Positions 8,971-18,028 of a stretch of DNA of 24,000 nt are shown here, piece after piece; positions within the stretch are counted from its first letter, which is position 1, and every line of letters begins with the position of its first letter. The translations under genes were made by a program, and so were the position numbers. Origin of the DNA: Natribacillus halophilus (GTDB lineage: Bacteria > Bacillota > Bacilli > Bacillales > Marinococcaceae); contig NZ_FNEN01000001.1 of the NCBI RefSeq assembly GCF_900100185.1, positions 246,220 through 270,219 of the forward strand, written 5' to 3'. The notes under the pieces were generated by a model. That model was not told where the DNA came from and searched no databases. It worked only from the letters and a program-made list of their open reading frames with translations.

Positions 8971-10860
8971 TCACGCTCGCTGTCTTTTTCTCGGGACCAT
9001 TTCGTAAATGGATCTCGCTGCTTCATCTGCCGTTAAGCCCAGTTCTTCGTACCAGCTGGACGGACTTCCGTGCTCGATATAACGATCCGGAAGCCCCATT
9101 CGTTTAACTTGCACACCGATATGGTTTTGATCGTTCAGATATTCGAGGACAGCACTTCCGAATCCGCCTTTGAGAACCGCTTCTTCCATCGTCAGTATCG
9201 GGATATTTTCCTGGGCGATGTGATCCAGTTGTTTTTCATCCAATGGCTTTACGGAATTGGCATTGACGACGCGCACGGAAATCCCGCGTTTATTCAACTG
9301 CGACGCTGCTTCGTTCGCGATCGGCAGCATCGTGCTGAAGGCAAGAATGACGGCATCTTTGCCTTGCTGTTCAACCGGCCATTCACCCACGGGTAGCACT
9401 TTCAGGCTCTCGTCCATCTCGACGCCGAGCCCGTTTCCGCGTGGAAAACGCACGGCCATGGGACCATCATCATTGGCAACGGCAGTATTGATCATATGCT
9501 GTAATTCGTTTTCATCTTTGGGAATAACGATCTTCATATTGGGCAGATGACGAAGATAAGCAATGTCAAAAACGCCCTGATGGGTTTCGCCATCGCCGCC
9601 CACGAGCCCGGAACGGTCAATGCCGAAGACGACATTCAAGTTTTGACGGCACACATCGTGGACGAGTTGATCATAACCGCGCTGTAAAAACGTCGAGTAA
9701 ACACCGAACACGGGTTTCATCCCCTGGGTGGAAAGCCCGCCGGCCATCGTCGTCGCGTGTTGTTCGGCGATCCCGACATCATACATGCGTTCAGGGAATG
9801 TCTTTGCAAATTGATCCAGTTTGGTTCCCCCGGGCATAGCAGCTGTGAGCGCGACGAGCCGCTGATCCTGTTCCGCGATCTTCGCGAGGGTGTTGCTGAA
9901 CACGGCACTGTAGGCGGGCGGCCCCGCTTTCTTAATCATATCGCCGGATTCAATCTTGTAAGGACCGGGCCCATGCCATGCGCCGCTTGCATCATCTTCG
10001 GCAGGCTTGTACCCTTTGCCTTTTTTCGTCACCACATGCAGGAGCACAGGCCCTTTGGTCCGTATCGCGTACGTCAGGTTGCTGTGAAGTTCATCAAAGT
10101 TGTGCCCGTCGATCGGTCCGAGGTACGTAAAACCCATTTCCTCGAAAAAAACGCCGGAGACGAGCAAATATTTGAGACTGCCCTTCAGCCTTTCCGCGGT
10201 GGAACTTAATGCCCCGCCGAAAGCCGGGATTTTCTTAACGAGGTATTCAATATCCTCTTTCGTTCTTCGATACCCGCCGGTCGTTCGCAAACGGCCGAGC
10301 ATGTTATGCATGGCGCCGACATTCGGTGCGATCGACATCTCATTATCATTCAAAATAACGGTCATGTCCGTTTGCTCGTGCCCGATATGGTTCATGGCTT
10401 CCAGGGCCATGCCACCGGTCAATGCGCCGTCCCCAATGACGGGAAGCACGTTGAAATCTTCACCCTGTAAGTCCCGGGCCGTGGCCATACCCATCGCGGC
10501 CGATAGCGAAGTCGAACTATGCCCGGCTTCCCAGACATCATGTTCACTTTCGTCCCGTTTTGCGTATCCGCACAACCCCTGGTATTGTTTCAATGTATCA
10601 AAACGATCCGCTCGCCCCGTCAAAATTTTATGGACGTAAGTCTGGTGACCCACATCCCAGATGATTTTGTCTTTCGGGCTGTCGTACAGTTTATGGAGCA
10701 TGAGCGTTAATTCCACAACGCCAAGGTTTGGCCCCAGATGTCCGCCTGTAGCGGATAGCTTTGAAATCAGAAACGAGCGTATCTCTTCGGCAAGCTCGTC
10801 CAATTGTTTACGGGAATAACTTTTCAGGAAACCGGGATGCTGAATGGTTTCTAGATCCAT
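8971..10860 (-). CDS. dxs: 1-deoxy-D-xylulose-5-phosphate synthase
   Basis: The product starts [28 protein letters not shown], then [14 protein letters not shown], the TPP motif [15 protein letters not shown], and IAEQHA. I moved the start from the track TTG at 10884 to ATG 10860 (AAGAGGGGG SD 8 nt upstream). Confidence 0.97.
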   Translation of the reverse strand: MDLETIQHPGFLKSYSRKQLDELAEEIRSFLISKLSATGGHLGPNLGVVELTLMLHKLYDSPKDKIIWDVGHQTYVHKILTGRADRFDTLKQYQGLCGYAKRDESEHDVWEAGHSSTSLSAAMGMATARDLQGEDFNVLPVIGDGALTGGMALEAMNHIGHEQTDMTVILNDNEMSIAPNVGAMHNMLGRLRTTGGYRRTKEDIEYLVKKIPAFGGALSSTAERLKGSLKYLLVSGVFFEEMGFTYLGPIDGHNFDELHSNLTYAIRTKGPVLLHVVTKKGKGYKPAEDDASGAWHGPGPYKIESGDMIKKAGPPAYSAVFSNTLAKIAEQDQRLVALTAAMPGGTKLDQFAKTFPERMYDVGIAEQHATTMAGGLSTQGMKPVFGVYSTFLQRGYDQLVHDVCRQNLNVVFGIDRSGLVGGDGETHQGVFDIAYLRHLPNMKIVIPKDENELQHMINTAVANDDGPMAVRFPRGNGLGVEMDESLKVLPVGEWPVEQQGKDAVILAFSTMLPIANEAASQLNKRGISVRVVNANSVKPLDEKQLDHIAQENIPILTMEEAVLKGGFGSAVLEYLNDQNHIGVQVKRMGLPDRYIEHGSPSSWYEELGLTADEAARSIYEMVPRKRQRA

Positions 10861-10932
10861 GCGGCAAGCCCCCTCTTTCTTCAATCTTTTTAACGCAGGG
10901 TAAATCTCTTCCGAGCGTCATTCATTTCTTGT

Positions 10933-10960
10933 ATTATATCATTTCCACTTGGCAGCTAAA
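10933..10960 (-). promoter_or_regulatory. candidate sigma-A promoter for dxs (extended -10)
   Basis: The minus strand reads TTTAGC-16 nt-(TGa)TATAAT. The -10 hexamer is perfect and has a TG extension, but the -35 is weak (3/6). It lies between the ispA terminator and the dxs start. Confidence 0.4.
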
Positions 10961-10992
10961 CAATGTGCTCCTTCCATTTTACTGGCATAAAC

Positions 10993-11018
10993 ACAAAAAT
11001 GCTACCTCTACGGTAGCA
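10993..11018 (-). terminator. Rho-independent terminator of ispA
   Basis: On the minus strand, TGCTACC-GTAGA-GGTAGCA (7-bp stem) is followed by TTTTTGTGTTT. It lies 20 nt after the ispA stop. Confidence 0.7.
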
Positions 11019-11037
11019 CAAGATAGAAATTCGTCAA

Positions 11038-11931
11038 TTAGCGGTCTCTTGATTCCATATAGGATAGAACGGCGAAAAGATCCGGAGCGGGTACTGTCAG
11101 CGATTGCAGGGCATGTTCTGCCCGTTCGATGTGAGTATGTAGTTTTCGTTTTGCCTCATCAACGGAGAGTAAGCCCGGATAAGTGCTTTTATGATTATGC
11201 TCATCACTCCCGACCGGCTTCCCGATCGTGGATTCGCTTCCTTCGACATCGAGAAGGTCATCCTTAATTTGGAAAGCAATACCCACCTCTTCGGCAAAAT
11301 GACGCAAACGCGTAATATCTTCCCGGGGCGCTTCTCCGAGAACACCACCTGCCTCGACGGCAAATGTCAACAATGCGGCTGTTTTCTGCCGGTGGATCCA
11401 TTCGAGTTCCTCGAGAGTCACCGTACGATTCTCGGCTTCCAGGTCGGCCACCTGGCCTCCGACCATACCAGTTGCGCCGCTCGCTTCCGTGAGCCGACGG
11501 CTTAGATACAACGCATCACGGGGAGGCAACGTTTCTTCGCTCATATTTCCAATTAATGAAAAACTTTCGGTTAACAGCGCATCTCCGGCAAGAATCGCCA
11601 GCGCTTCCCCAAATACTTTATGATTGGTCGGCTTCCCCCGCCTCGTATCATCATTGTCCATGCTCGGCAAATCATCATGGATTAAAGAATATGTGTGTAC
11701 CATCTCCACAGTGGCTCCAAGTTGATACGCGGCGGTCGTGACAGGTTTATAGCTGCCGGCCGTCGCGATCAGCAACAACGGACGAATGCGTTTCCCGCCG
11801 GCATCCAGCGAGTAGAGCATCGCCTCTTTTAACCGTTCGGGAGCCTGCATCGTTTCTACATGGGTCTTTAATGTTTGCTCGAGCGTTGGCACATGCACTT
11901 CCATCAACTCATCCATTCTCTTTGTTGTCAC
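11038..11931 (-). CDS. ispA: farnesyl diphosphate synthase (polyprenyl synthetase family)
   Basis: 297 aa. It has the first and second aspartate-rich motifs LIHDDLPSMDNDDTRRG and FQIKDDLLD, plus GGKRIRPLL. The start is uncertain: GTG 11931 has only a weak SD, and ATG 11916 is an alternative. Confidence 0.9.
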   Translation of the reverse strand: MTTKRMDELMEVHVPTLEQTLKTHVETMQAPERLKEAMLYSLDAGGKRIRPLLLIATAGSYKPVTTAAYQLGATVEMVHTYSLIHDDLPSMDNDDTRRGKPTNHKVFGEALAILAGDALLTESFSLIGNMSEETLPPRDALYLSRRLTEASGATGMVGGQVADLEAENRTVTLEELEWIHRQKTAALLTFAVEAGGVLGEAPREDITRLRHFAEEVGIAFQIKDDLLDVEGSESTIGKPVGSDEHNHKSTYPGLLSVDEAKRKLHTHIERAEHALQSLTVPAPDLFAVLSYMESRDR

Positions 11932-11969
11932 TTTCAGTTCCAGAACTTGCTGCGCGGAAGCCCACTCTT

Positions 11970-12091
11970 ATAAAGAAAACTTGGCTTATCGCCAAGCATG
12001 GCGAAAGCCTTAGTTGCACTTATGCAAGATAAGAAAATTTTATACTTTCTTATCTGCTCAAAGATGGGAGGAAACGCATAAGTCTGTTTCT
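11970..12091 (-). repeat. copy B of the multi-hairpin intergenic element (see 3458..3586)
   Basis: It has the same conserved blocks in the same order as copy A. On the minus strand: GGAG(A)GAAAC...GTTTCCTCC hairpin; AGATAAGAAA(GT)...(AT)TTTCTTATCT hairpin; TTGCA-TAAG-TGCAA; then GGCTTTCGCCA-TGCT-TGGCGATAAGCC followed by AAGUUUUCUUUAU. The element fills most of the 221-nt xseB-ispA gap. Confidence 0.8.
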
Positions 12092-12152
12092 CTCCTTTCC
12101 CTGGTACCCTGCAAACGTCACCTGGACGCTAGCCTTCCATTATTTCATATAC

Positions 12153-12419
12153 TTATCCGGAGAATTCGTTCTTGCCTTCTTCCTCATTCAAGGGGACGGT
12201 TTCTCCCGTTTCCTTGACGATTTGGTCCATTTGCTTTTCCACTCGTTGCAATTGATCGTGACAGCGCTTGGATAGCTTCATCCCTGTCTGGTACATATCA
12301 ATCGCCTTCTCCAACGGAACATCCCCTTCTTCAAGCTGATGGATAATATGCTCGAGTTTTTTCATGTCCGCTTCGAACGTTTGCTTGTTATCTGTTTCCT
12401 CGTTTTGCTCATCCGTCAT
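12153..12419 (-). CDS. xseB: exodeoxyribonuclease VII small subunit
   Basis: The product contains [43 protein letters not shown], typical of XseB. I prefer ATG 12419 (GGAGGAGG SD 9 nt upstream) over ATG 12428, which abuts the SD. It overlaps the xseA stop. Confidence 0.9.
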   Translation of the reverse strand: MTDEQNEETDNKQTFEADMKKLEHIIHQLEEGDVPLEKAIDMYQTGMKLSKRCHDQLQRVEKQMDQIVKETGETVPLNEEEGKNEFSG

Positions 12420-13791
12420 CGATTTCATCCTCCTCCTGGAATGCGAATGTTTCCTTCCCCTTCTCGGTCACCTGCGTTTTAACATAGCCATCCTGAAAAT
12501 AAACGCGCAGTTCGTCTTCTACACGTATGGCATCAACCGTTTTTAAAAGTCGGTTCTCCCGATAAGCGACCGTGTATCCCCGTTTTAGCGTCTCCATCGG
12601 ATTTAGAATACGCAACTTCGTGAGCAACTGTTCATAGCGATTGGCTTGACTGCTCAAGAGGCGTTCAGCATTGAGCTGAAGCTCTTTCGTATCGGTTTCA
12701 AGTTGCTTTCGTTTTTCCGCAACGAGTCGCGCGGGCTTGAGCAAAGAGATCCGTCTACTCTGCTCATTGACCTGTTGTCTCTGTAATTGCAGGCGTGTGT
12801 TCATGCCTCGCTGCAGGCGTTCAATATTGCGGTCAAGTTCCTGCTCCTTTTGTTGGAGTAACTGGGCAGGGTAACGAAACGCATACGCGTTTTGTAAGTA
12901 GGAGAGCTTCTCTTTGCGAAGATTGATAATCTGTTGCATGAGCTGCTGCAAGCGGTTTTTGCGGGTCGTGACTTTTTCCTGCCATTCGACAAGAGAGGGA
13001 ACCGCCATCTCGGCCGCGGCTGTAGGTGTCGCCGCCCGAACATCTGCGATGAAGTCCATCAGGGTCACATCTGTCTCGTGCCCTACCGCGGAAATGAGCG
13101 GGGTTTTAAGCGCTGCGGCCGTGCGCACGACCTGTTCATCGTTAAACGCCCAGAGTTCTTCGATGGATCCGCCCCCGCGGCCTGCGATCAAGACGTCATT
13201 TCCGTCTTGATCGGCTTGCCTTAACGCGGCCGCGATGCCCGGGACCGCTTCCGGGCCCTGGACAGCCACGGGATACAGGTTGATCGCCGCTTGCGGATAC
13301 CTTCGCTTCACCGTCGTGTAGATATCGCGAATCACCGCACCCGTTTTTGAGGTGACAACCCCGATTCGATCCGGGAAATTGGGAAGTGGCCGTTTTCTCG
13401 CTTCCTGAAACAGGCCTTCCGATTCCAGTTTCTTTTTCAACTGTTCATAGGCCAAATACAGTTGTCCGATCCCATCGGGTTCCATCGCCCGCACATACAA
13501 CTGATATTGCCCGTAAGGTTCGTAAACGGACACATTGCCGCGGACAAGCACCTTCATGCCGCTTTCCGGACGAAAACGTAAAGTGCGATTGTTGCCGGCA
13601 AACATGACAGCTGACACTCGCGCCTTTTCATCCTTGATCGTGAAATACATATGACCGCGGCTGTGATGTTTGAAGTTCGAGATCTCACCCCGTAAAAAAA
13701 CATCGTTAAGCAATGGGCTCTTGTCAATTAAACCCTTGATTTGCCTCGTCAGTTGTGTAACGGACATATACCTTTGCTCAGGATTGAACAT
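12409..13791 (-). CDS. xseA: exodeoxyribonuclease VII large subunit
   Basis: 460 aa. It has an OB-fold N-terminus ([29 protein letters not shown]) and the catalytic region ([43 protein letters not shown]). The start is ambiguous between ATG 13791 and ATG 13767. Confidence 0.93.
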   Translation of the reverse strand: MFNPEQRYMSVTQLTRQIKGLIDKSPLLNDVFLRGEISNFKHHSRGHMYFTIKDEKARVSAVMFAGNNRTLRFRPESGMKVLVRGNVSVYEPYGQYQLYVRAMEPDGIGQLYLAYEQLKKKLESEGLFQEARKRPLPNFPDRIGVVTSKTGAVIRDIYTTVKRRYPQAAINLYPVAVQGPEAVPGIAAALRQADQDGNDVLIAGRGGGSIEELWAFNDEQVVRTAAALKTPLISAVGHETDVTLMDFIADVRAATPTAAAEMAVPSLVEWQEKVTTRKNRLQQLMQQIINLRKEKLSYLQNAYAFRYPAQLLQQKEQELDRNIERLQRGMNTRLQLQRQQVNEQSRRISLLKPARLVAEKRKQLETDTKELQLNAERLLSSQANRYEQLLTKLRILNPMETLKRGYTVAYRENRLLKTVDAIRVEDELRVYFQDGYVKTQVTEKGKETFAFQEEDEIDDG

Positions 13792-14632
13792 CGAACATCG
13801 TACCCCGTGCGGCTTCCACTGTATTATGTAGGAGCATTGTGATGGTCATCGGCCCTACACCTCCCGGTACGGGCGTGAGCCAACCTGCTTTTTCCCTGAC
13901 CGGCTCAAACTGAACATCTCCGGTCAATTTCCCTGTCTCCATCCGATTCACGCCGACATCAATAACAACTGCATCGTCTTTGACGTGTTCTGCACCGATC
14001 ATACCCGCGCGCCCGGCAGCGGCGATGAGAATATCCGCTTCCCGCGTTACCGAAGCGAGATCCTCCGTTTTAGAGTGACAATAAGTAACCGTCGCGTCCT
14101 TATTCAACAATAGCTGGCCGACCGGCCGACCGACGAGTTGGCTTCGTCCTACGACGACCGCACGCTTGCCTTTGGGGTCTACGCCGCTGATCTCCAGCAT
14201 TTTCATAATCCCCAGCGGTGTACAGGGGGTGAACGCTTTTTTCCCGGTGAGCAAACGTCCGACATTGACAGGATGGAACCCGTCCACATCTTTTCCGATT
14301 ACAATTTTTTCCAGAACCGCGTTTTCGGAAATATGGTCCGGCAACGGGAGCTGGACGAGAATCCCATGGACACTGCTGTCTTCATTTAAAGCTTCGATTT
14401 CGGCGAGAAGTTCCTCCTCCGGTAAAGATGCGGGGTGACGCTTAACAATCGAATGAATGCCTACGGCCGCACAGGCTTTCTCCTTCCCGCGCACGTAACT
14501 GTGCGAAGCGGGATCATCCCCGATCAGGATGACGGCCAGGGAAGGCTGGACGCTGAGTTCCTTAATATCGTCAGCCAACTCGCCTCTTAATCGTTCCGAC
14601 AACTCCTTGCCACTAATGATCGTCGCTGTCAT
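13778..14632 (-). CDS. folD: bifunctional methylenetetrahydrofolate dehydrogenase/cyclohydrolase
   Basis: The 284-aa product starts MTATIISGKELSERLR, and contains SHSYVRGKEKAC, GILVQLPLP, VVVGRSQLVGRPV and PGGVGPMTITMLL. Confidence 0.97.
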   Translation of the reverse strand: MTATIISGKELSERLRGELADDIKELSVQPSLAVILIGDDPASHSYVRGKEKACAAVGIHSIVKRHPASLPEEELLAEIEALNEDSSVHGILVQLPLPDHISENAVLEKIVIGKDVDGFHPVNVGRLLTGKKAFTPCTPLGIMKMLEISGVDPKGKRAVVVGRSQLVGRPVGQLLLNKDATVTYCHSKTEDLASVTREADILIAAAGRAGMIGAEHVKDDAVVIDVGVNRMETGKLTGDVQFEPVREKAGWLTPVPGGVGPMTITMLLHNTVEAARGTMFDVQS

Positions 14633-14634
14633 GC

Positions 14635-15039
14635 TTATGTTCCCCCTCCATTACTGCTGTTCATTTTCGCAGATAGAACTCCGTTGACGAATTTGCCGGC
14701 TTCATCACCGCCAAAGGCTTTTGCTGTATTAATCGCTTCATTGAGCGCCACATGCACCGGTATATCCTCCCGATGCTGCATTTCATAAACAGCCAGGCGC
14801 ATCACCGCCCGATCCACATTCCCGACTCGCTCCAATGTCCAGTTCTCCAACTGGTTGACGATTTGCTCATCAATGGTCGCGAGTTCTCCGAGCGTTCCGG
14901 GAATCACATCTGCTAGGTAATCATCTGTGTGTTCCCCTTCATCCAGGGCGGCTTCCAGCGCGTGCCGCCAGTCAACATCGGTCATTTCTACTTGATAAAG
15001 GGCTTGTACCGCCCGTATCCGTGCCAGTCTTCTATTCAT
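14635..15039 (-). CDS. nusB: transcription antitermination factor NusB
   Basis: The product starts MNRRLARIRAVQALYQVEM and contains AVYEMQH, NEAINTAKAFG and FVNGVL. I moved the start from the track position 15093 to ATG 15039 (GAAGGAA SD 8 nt upstream). The longer form would overlap the asp23-like gene. Confidence 0.93.
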   Translation of the reverse strand: MNRRLARIRAVQALYQVEMTDVDWRHALEAALDEGEHTDDYLADVIPGTLGELATIDEQIVNQLENWTLERVGNVDRAVMRLAVYEMQHREDIPVHVALNEAINTAKAFGGDEAGKFVNGVLSAKMNSSNGGGT

Positions 15040-15071
15040 GTCGCCCATTCCTTCTGCTCGTTTTCTTACTC

Positions 15072-15485
15072 TTAATCGGAGATACGCTCCCATTGATTGT
15101 CTTGCTCTTCCTGTTGTTCAAATTGGATGCCGACGACGTGAATATTGATCGTGTCCATCGCGATCGATGTCATCGTCTCCAAAGCCTGCTGGATATTTCT
15201 CTGTACCTGGCTGGCGACTTCAGGGACCGATACCCCGTAATAGGCGACGAGTGAAACGTCGATGACGACCCCGTCCTCGCCAAGCTCAACCTTCACCCCT
15301 TTTCCGTGATTTTTTCTGCCGAAGCGTTCGGCTACATCGGTGGCGATATTGCCCCTTAGCGCTGATATCCCTTCGACTTCCGAGGTGGCGAGTCCCGCGA
15401 TCACCTCAATCACTTCCGGGGAGATCTCTACTTTCCCCAGATCATTTTCCTGTTCCTCGATATCGAGCATTTGATATTCACTCAT
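15072..15485 (-). CDS. Asp23/Gls24-family alkaline shock protein (YqhY-like)
   Basis: 137 aa. It contains GKVEISPEVIEVIAGLATSEVEGI and VSLVAYYGVSVPEVASQVQRNIQQALETMT, typical of the Asp23 family. It sits immediately upstream of nusB, as yqhY does in B. subtilis. Confidence 0.9.
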   Translation of the reverse strand: MSEYQMLDIEEQENDLGKVEISPEVIEVIAGLATSEVEGISALRGNIATDVAERFGRKNHGKGVKVELGEDGVVIDVSLVAYYGVSVPEVASQVQRNIQQALETMTSIAMDTINIHVVGIQFEQQEEQDNQWERISD

Positions 15486-15502
15486 GATACCCTTACCCCC
15501 TT

Positions 15503-15907
15503 TTAAGATGGCTCCTGCTCTATTCCGTCTTCCTCATCGGCCTGTTCTTCTGCTTCTTGCTCGGCTTGCAGCCGGGCCCTCTCTTCCCGCAAGCGATCCA
15601 TCCGGTACTGGCGAAACACGGGGAACTCCGAGAGATTATCCGGGACCTTTTTATGCTCCAGCAAAATAATCTTCACCATATTTTTGTTGCGAGCCATATG
15701 GTAGTGCTCATCATACTCGTTTTCCTTCGTGAACTGCTTCAGGTTCTCATAATCTGCTTCCTGAATGGACACCGGATGCGGATGATCTGCAGACGCCTCT
15801 TCCTCGTAGCCGACTTCGAATTCCACGATTTGTATATGATCATTTTTCAGGTTACGTGTTTGCTCCAAAACGGCTTTCGCCCCTTCGGTTAAGTCATTCC
15901 ATTCCAT
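15503..15907 (-). CDS. hypothetical acidic soluble protein, no family recognised
   Basis: The ORF begins MEWNDLTEGAKAVLEQTRNLK and ends in a charged coiled tail, RLREERARLQAEQEAEEQADEEDGIEQEPS. I chose ATG 15907 (AAGGAGAGG SD 9 nt upstream) over the track TTG 15913. Its stop is 17 nt from the asp23-like start, and it has its own promoter-like sequence, so it is probably the first gene of the asp23-nusB-folD-xseAB unit. Confidence 0.7.
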   Translation of the reverse strand: MEWNDLTEGAKAVLEQTRNLKNDHIQIVEFEVGYEEEASADHPHPVSIQEADYENLKQFTKENEYDEHYHMARNKNMVKIILLEHKKVPDNLSEFPVFRQYRMDRLREERARLQAEQEAEEQADEEDGIEQEPS

Positions 15908-15957
15908 AGTCAAAGACCTCTCCTTATTGCATCGAATCGTATGTGTTCATTGGATTG

Positions 15958-15986
15958 ATTATAGCATGTTGAAGCCCACATTTCAT
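15958..15986 (-). promoter_or_regulatory. candidate sigma-A promoter with extended -10
   Basis: The minus strand reads ATGAAA-17 nt-(TGc)TATAAT. The -10 hexamer is perfect with a TG extension, and the -35 matches 4/6. It lies directly downstream of the spoIIIA terminator and about 50 nt upstream of the 134-aa ORF. Confidence 0.5.
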
Positions 15987-15994
15987 CCGTGAAT

Positions 15995-16020
15995 GAAAAA
16001 AGGACCCGAGGGGGATCCTT
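15995..16020 (-). terminator. Rho-independent terminator of the spoIIIA operon
   Basis: On the minus strand, AAGGA(T)CCC-CCTC-GGGTCCTT is followed by TTTTTCAT. It starts at the last base of the spoIIIAH TGA. Confidence 0.75.
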
Positions 16021-16754
16021 CAATCGTTAGCTTCTGCTTCATTTTCGCCGTGATGGTATCCAACGGAGACCGGTTGTTCTCCCAGTTCTTCGCTGGCCAG
16101 ACGATTAATCTCCACAACTTCCGTTCTTGACAATTCTTCCGCTTCCACGAGAATCCTTACCTCGTCTTCTTCACTCATGACGATGACATCGCTATACCCC
16201 TGGGATTGAATCTTTTGTTCAAGTGTATGTTCCAGATCAGCAATCGTTTGCAGGCGTTCCCGCTCATCCTGGGCTTCATTTTTCTCTTCTGTGGTCGCGT
16301 CACTGGAAGCCAGTACATCCGTGTAGTTTTCCCTCGTTTCGCTGCGGTTTTCTTCCCGTTGAATTCTCAAGGCGCTGAACCAGTCGCTGCTATCAGTTGC
16401 TTCAGCAGAAACTTCGGTCTCGTCACTTGCTTGTTCGTCGGAAGGGGGATCTTCCTCTGACGGAGGTTCTTCTTCTCCGTTTTCCTGGGCAGGAACGTCT
16501 TCGCTGCCTTCTTCTTCAACGCCGTCCTCTTCATCCCACTCTTCTACGACTTCGGCGCTTTCAGGGTTTTCTTCCAGGAATTGTTCCCAAAGATCGCCTT
16601 CAAACTCTTCCAGAGATTCTTCATCGTCGCTGACAAGCGCCGTTTCATGTTCAGCGGGCCCGTCCGGGGTGAAAAAATAAACACCGAGAACCGCGACAAG
16701 ACTGAGCATCGTTAACAACCAAACCGTTTGTTTTTTCAAAACCACATCACTCAT
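16020..16754 (-). CDS. spoIIIAH: stage III sporulation protein AH
   Basis: MSDVVLKKQTVWLLTMLSLVAVLGVYFF matches the N-terminus of B. subtilis SpoIIIAH (MLKKQTVWLLTMLSL) as I recall it. The C-terminal domain contains YSDVIVMSEEDEVRILVEAEEL. I moved the start from the track position 16868, which would overlap spoIIIAG, to ATG 16754 (AAGGAAAGG just upstream). GTG 16745 and TTG 16739 are possible alternatives. Confidence 0.9.
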   Translation of the reverse strand: MSDVVLKKQTVWLLTMLSLVAVLGVYFFTPDGPAEHETALVSDDEESLEEFEGDLWEQFLEENPESAEVVEEWDEEDGVEEEGSEDVPAQENGEEEPPSEEDPPSDEQASDETEVSAEATDSSDWFSALRIQREENRSETRENYTDVLASSDATTEEKNEAQDERERLQTIADLEHTLEQKIQSQGYSDVIVMSEEDEVRILVEAEELSRTEVVEINRLASEELGEQPVSVGYHHGENEAEAND

Positions 16755-16764
16755 CCTTTCCTTA

Positions 16765-17418
16765 CTATTTAGGCACGACCGATACACGGTGGGCTTCGAC
16801 ATCAAGCGTACGGGTAACAGCTTCGATGACAGATTCCTTGAGATCGAGTTGATCCACGCCATCGGCAACGACGAGAACGCCGGAGACTTCAGGCCTTTCC
16901 GTTCGAATCAGCAAGGGCTCTTCGCTATCTCCTTCCGGTACGAGTACAATTTCTTCTTCCTCTGTTTCTTCCTCAAGCGTGCGATCCCCGCCTTCCGTAT
17001 CAGTCTCGTCTGTTGTTTGTTGGCGATGCGAGGTATCTTTTTCGTATACTTTGCTTTCTGATGCCTCCAGATTGACTACGATTTCAACGCCTGAAAGACC
17101 GCTCATCGATTCGAGGGCGCCTTCCAGTTCGCTGGCATACGCTCGTTCAAGTTCGCCAATCTCCCCGGAAGAACGCTGCTCGCCGGCATCATTGCTGTCA
17201 TCATCATCGTCATCATTATTGAGAAACACCGATTCTTCCTGACCATCATCCACCCCCGGCGAGGAAACGTCTGATGGCTCGTCATCATCGCCACCGGTCG
17301 TACCGACAAACATAAGGAATATGCCAACGAGGAGCAATCCACCGAGATAATACCAGCGAAATTTGCGGGAACCATCACCAGACGGCAACCATTTGGAAAA
17401 CGGCGGTTTTTCACTCAT
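16765..17418 (-). CDS. spoIIIAG: stage III sporulation protein AG
   Basis: 217 aa with a single N-terminal TM segment (YYLGGLLLVGIFLMFVG). The conserved C-terminal ring-forming region is RPEVSGVLVVADGVDQLDLKESVIEAVTRTLDVEAHRVSVVPK. The ATG overlaps the spoIIIAF stop (ATGAGTGA). Confidence 0.93.
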   Translation of the reverse strand: MSEKPPFSKWLPSGDGSRKFRWYYLGGLLLVGIFLMFVGTTGGDDDEPSDVSSPGVDDGQEESVFLNNDDDDDDSNDAGEQRSSGEIGELERAYASELEGALESMSGLSGVEIVVNLEASESKVYEKDTSHRQQTTDETDTEGGDRTLEEETEEEEIVLVPEGDSEEPLLIRTERPEVSGVLVVADGVDQLDLKESVIEAVTRTLDVEAHRVSVVPK

Positions 17419-17998
17419 TCAACCCATCCTCCTCAAAGCTGACGTCAATACTGCCTTCCTCGATCTCCCATACTTCAGCAAGACGCGCGCCCACCTCCTC
17501 GGTATTACTATCCTGAACGGTCTGTGTGGAATCGGGCTCACTCGTGCTGTCAGTGGAAACTTCTTCGACCGGCTGGACGGAAACGGCCTCCGCTTCCTGC
17601 TCGTCTATTTCCGCGACAACGACAGCCACTTCCAGCTCGGGTTGAGCGGTAACAGAAATCTCCCGCAAGCTTAGATCAAAATCCTCTTCCAGCACATTTT
17701 CCGCTTCACTGCCCAGACGAGCAGCTACTTGTTCTGAAATATATGCATCATGACTGGCTTGTATTTCACTTTTCTTTTGATCAATCGCAATTTCCATTTC
17801 ATCGACACCTTCCGTCACCTGAAAATCCTCCCAATCGAACCACGTGGTCGGATCTTGATTCAATAGATCGAAGATCGGCTGCAAGATGAGGATCATCATA
17901 ATTAAGCCAAGAATCAAATCGGCATACCGCTTCATCGTCGATGTCGGCAATAACAACTCAAGAATGACCGCGATCAGCAAAAAGATCATCAACGTCAA
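17411..17998 (-). CDS. spoIIIAF: stage III sporulation protein AF (start uncertain, may extend to 18022)
   Basis: It has two N-terminal TM segments (LMIFLLIAVILELLLP and YADLILGLIMMILILQPIF), then KKSEIQASHDAYISEQV, and a C-terminal LAEVWEIEEGSIDVSFEE. These match SpoIIIAF in sequence and in position. See the finding on the start codon. Confidence 0.88.
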   Translation of the reverse strand: MTLMIFLLIAVILELLLPTSTMKRYADLILGLIMMILILQPIFDLLNQDPTTWFDWEDFQVTEGVDEMEIAIDQKKSEIQASHDAYISEQVAARLGSEAENVLEEDFDLSLREISVTAQPELEVAVVVAEIDEQEAEAVSVQPVEEVSTDSTSEPDSTQTVQDSNTEEVGARLAEVWEIEEGSIDVSFEEDGLNE

Positions 17999-18028
17999 AA
18001 TCCATTCATTAAAATAGGCGATTGTCCC

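Noticed and set aside
16755-16868. N-terminal extensions given by the ORF track for spoIIIAH (to 16868), spoIIIAB (to 20585), spoIIIAC (to 19915), nusB (to 15093), dxs (to 10884), argR (to 8159) and the SteA-like gene (to 3400).
   Set aside because: The extensions overlap the upstream gene or lack an SD. Internal starts have good SDs at 5-9 nt and reproduce the N-termini and lengths expected for these families.
17738-17764. A sigma-E-like internal promoter, ATA-N16-CATATATT, inside spoIIIAF. It is reminiscent of the internal spoIIIA P2 promoter reported in B. subtilis.
   Set aside because: The -10 has a mismatch to CATACA-T, and the site is about 320 nt upstream of spoIIIAG. A motif this short is expected by chance in AT-containing coding sequence. 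It is not supportable from sequence alone.
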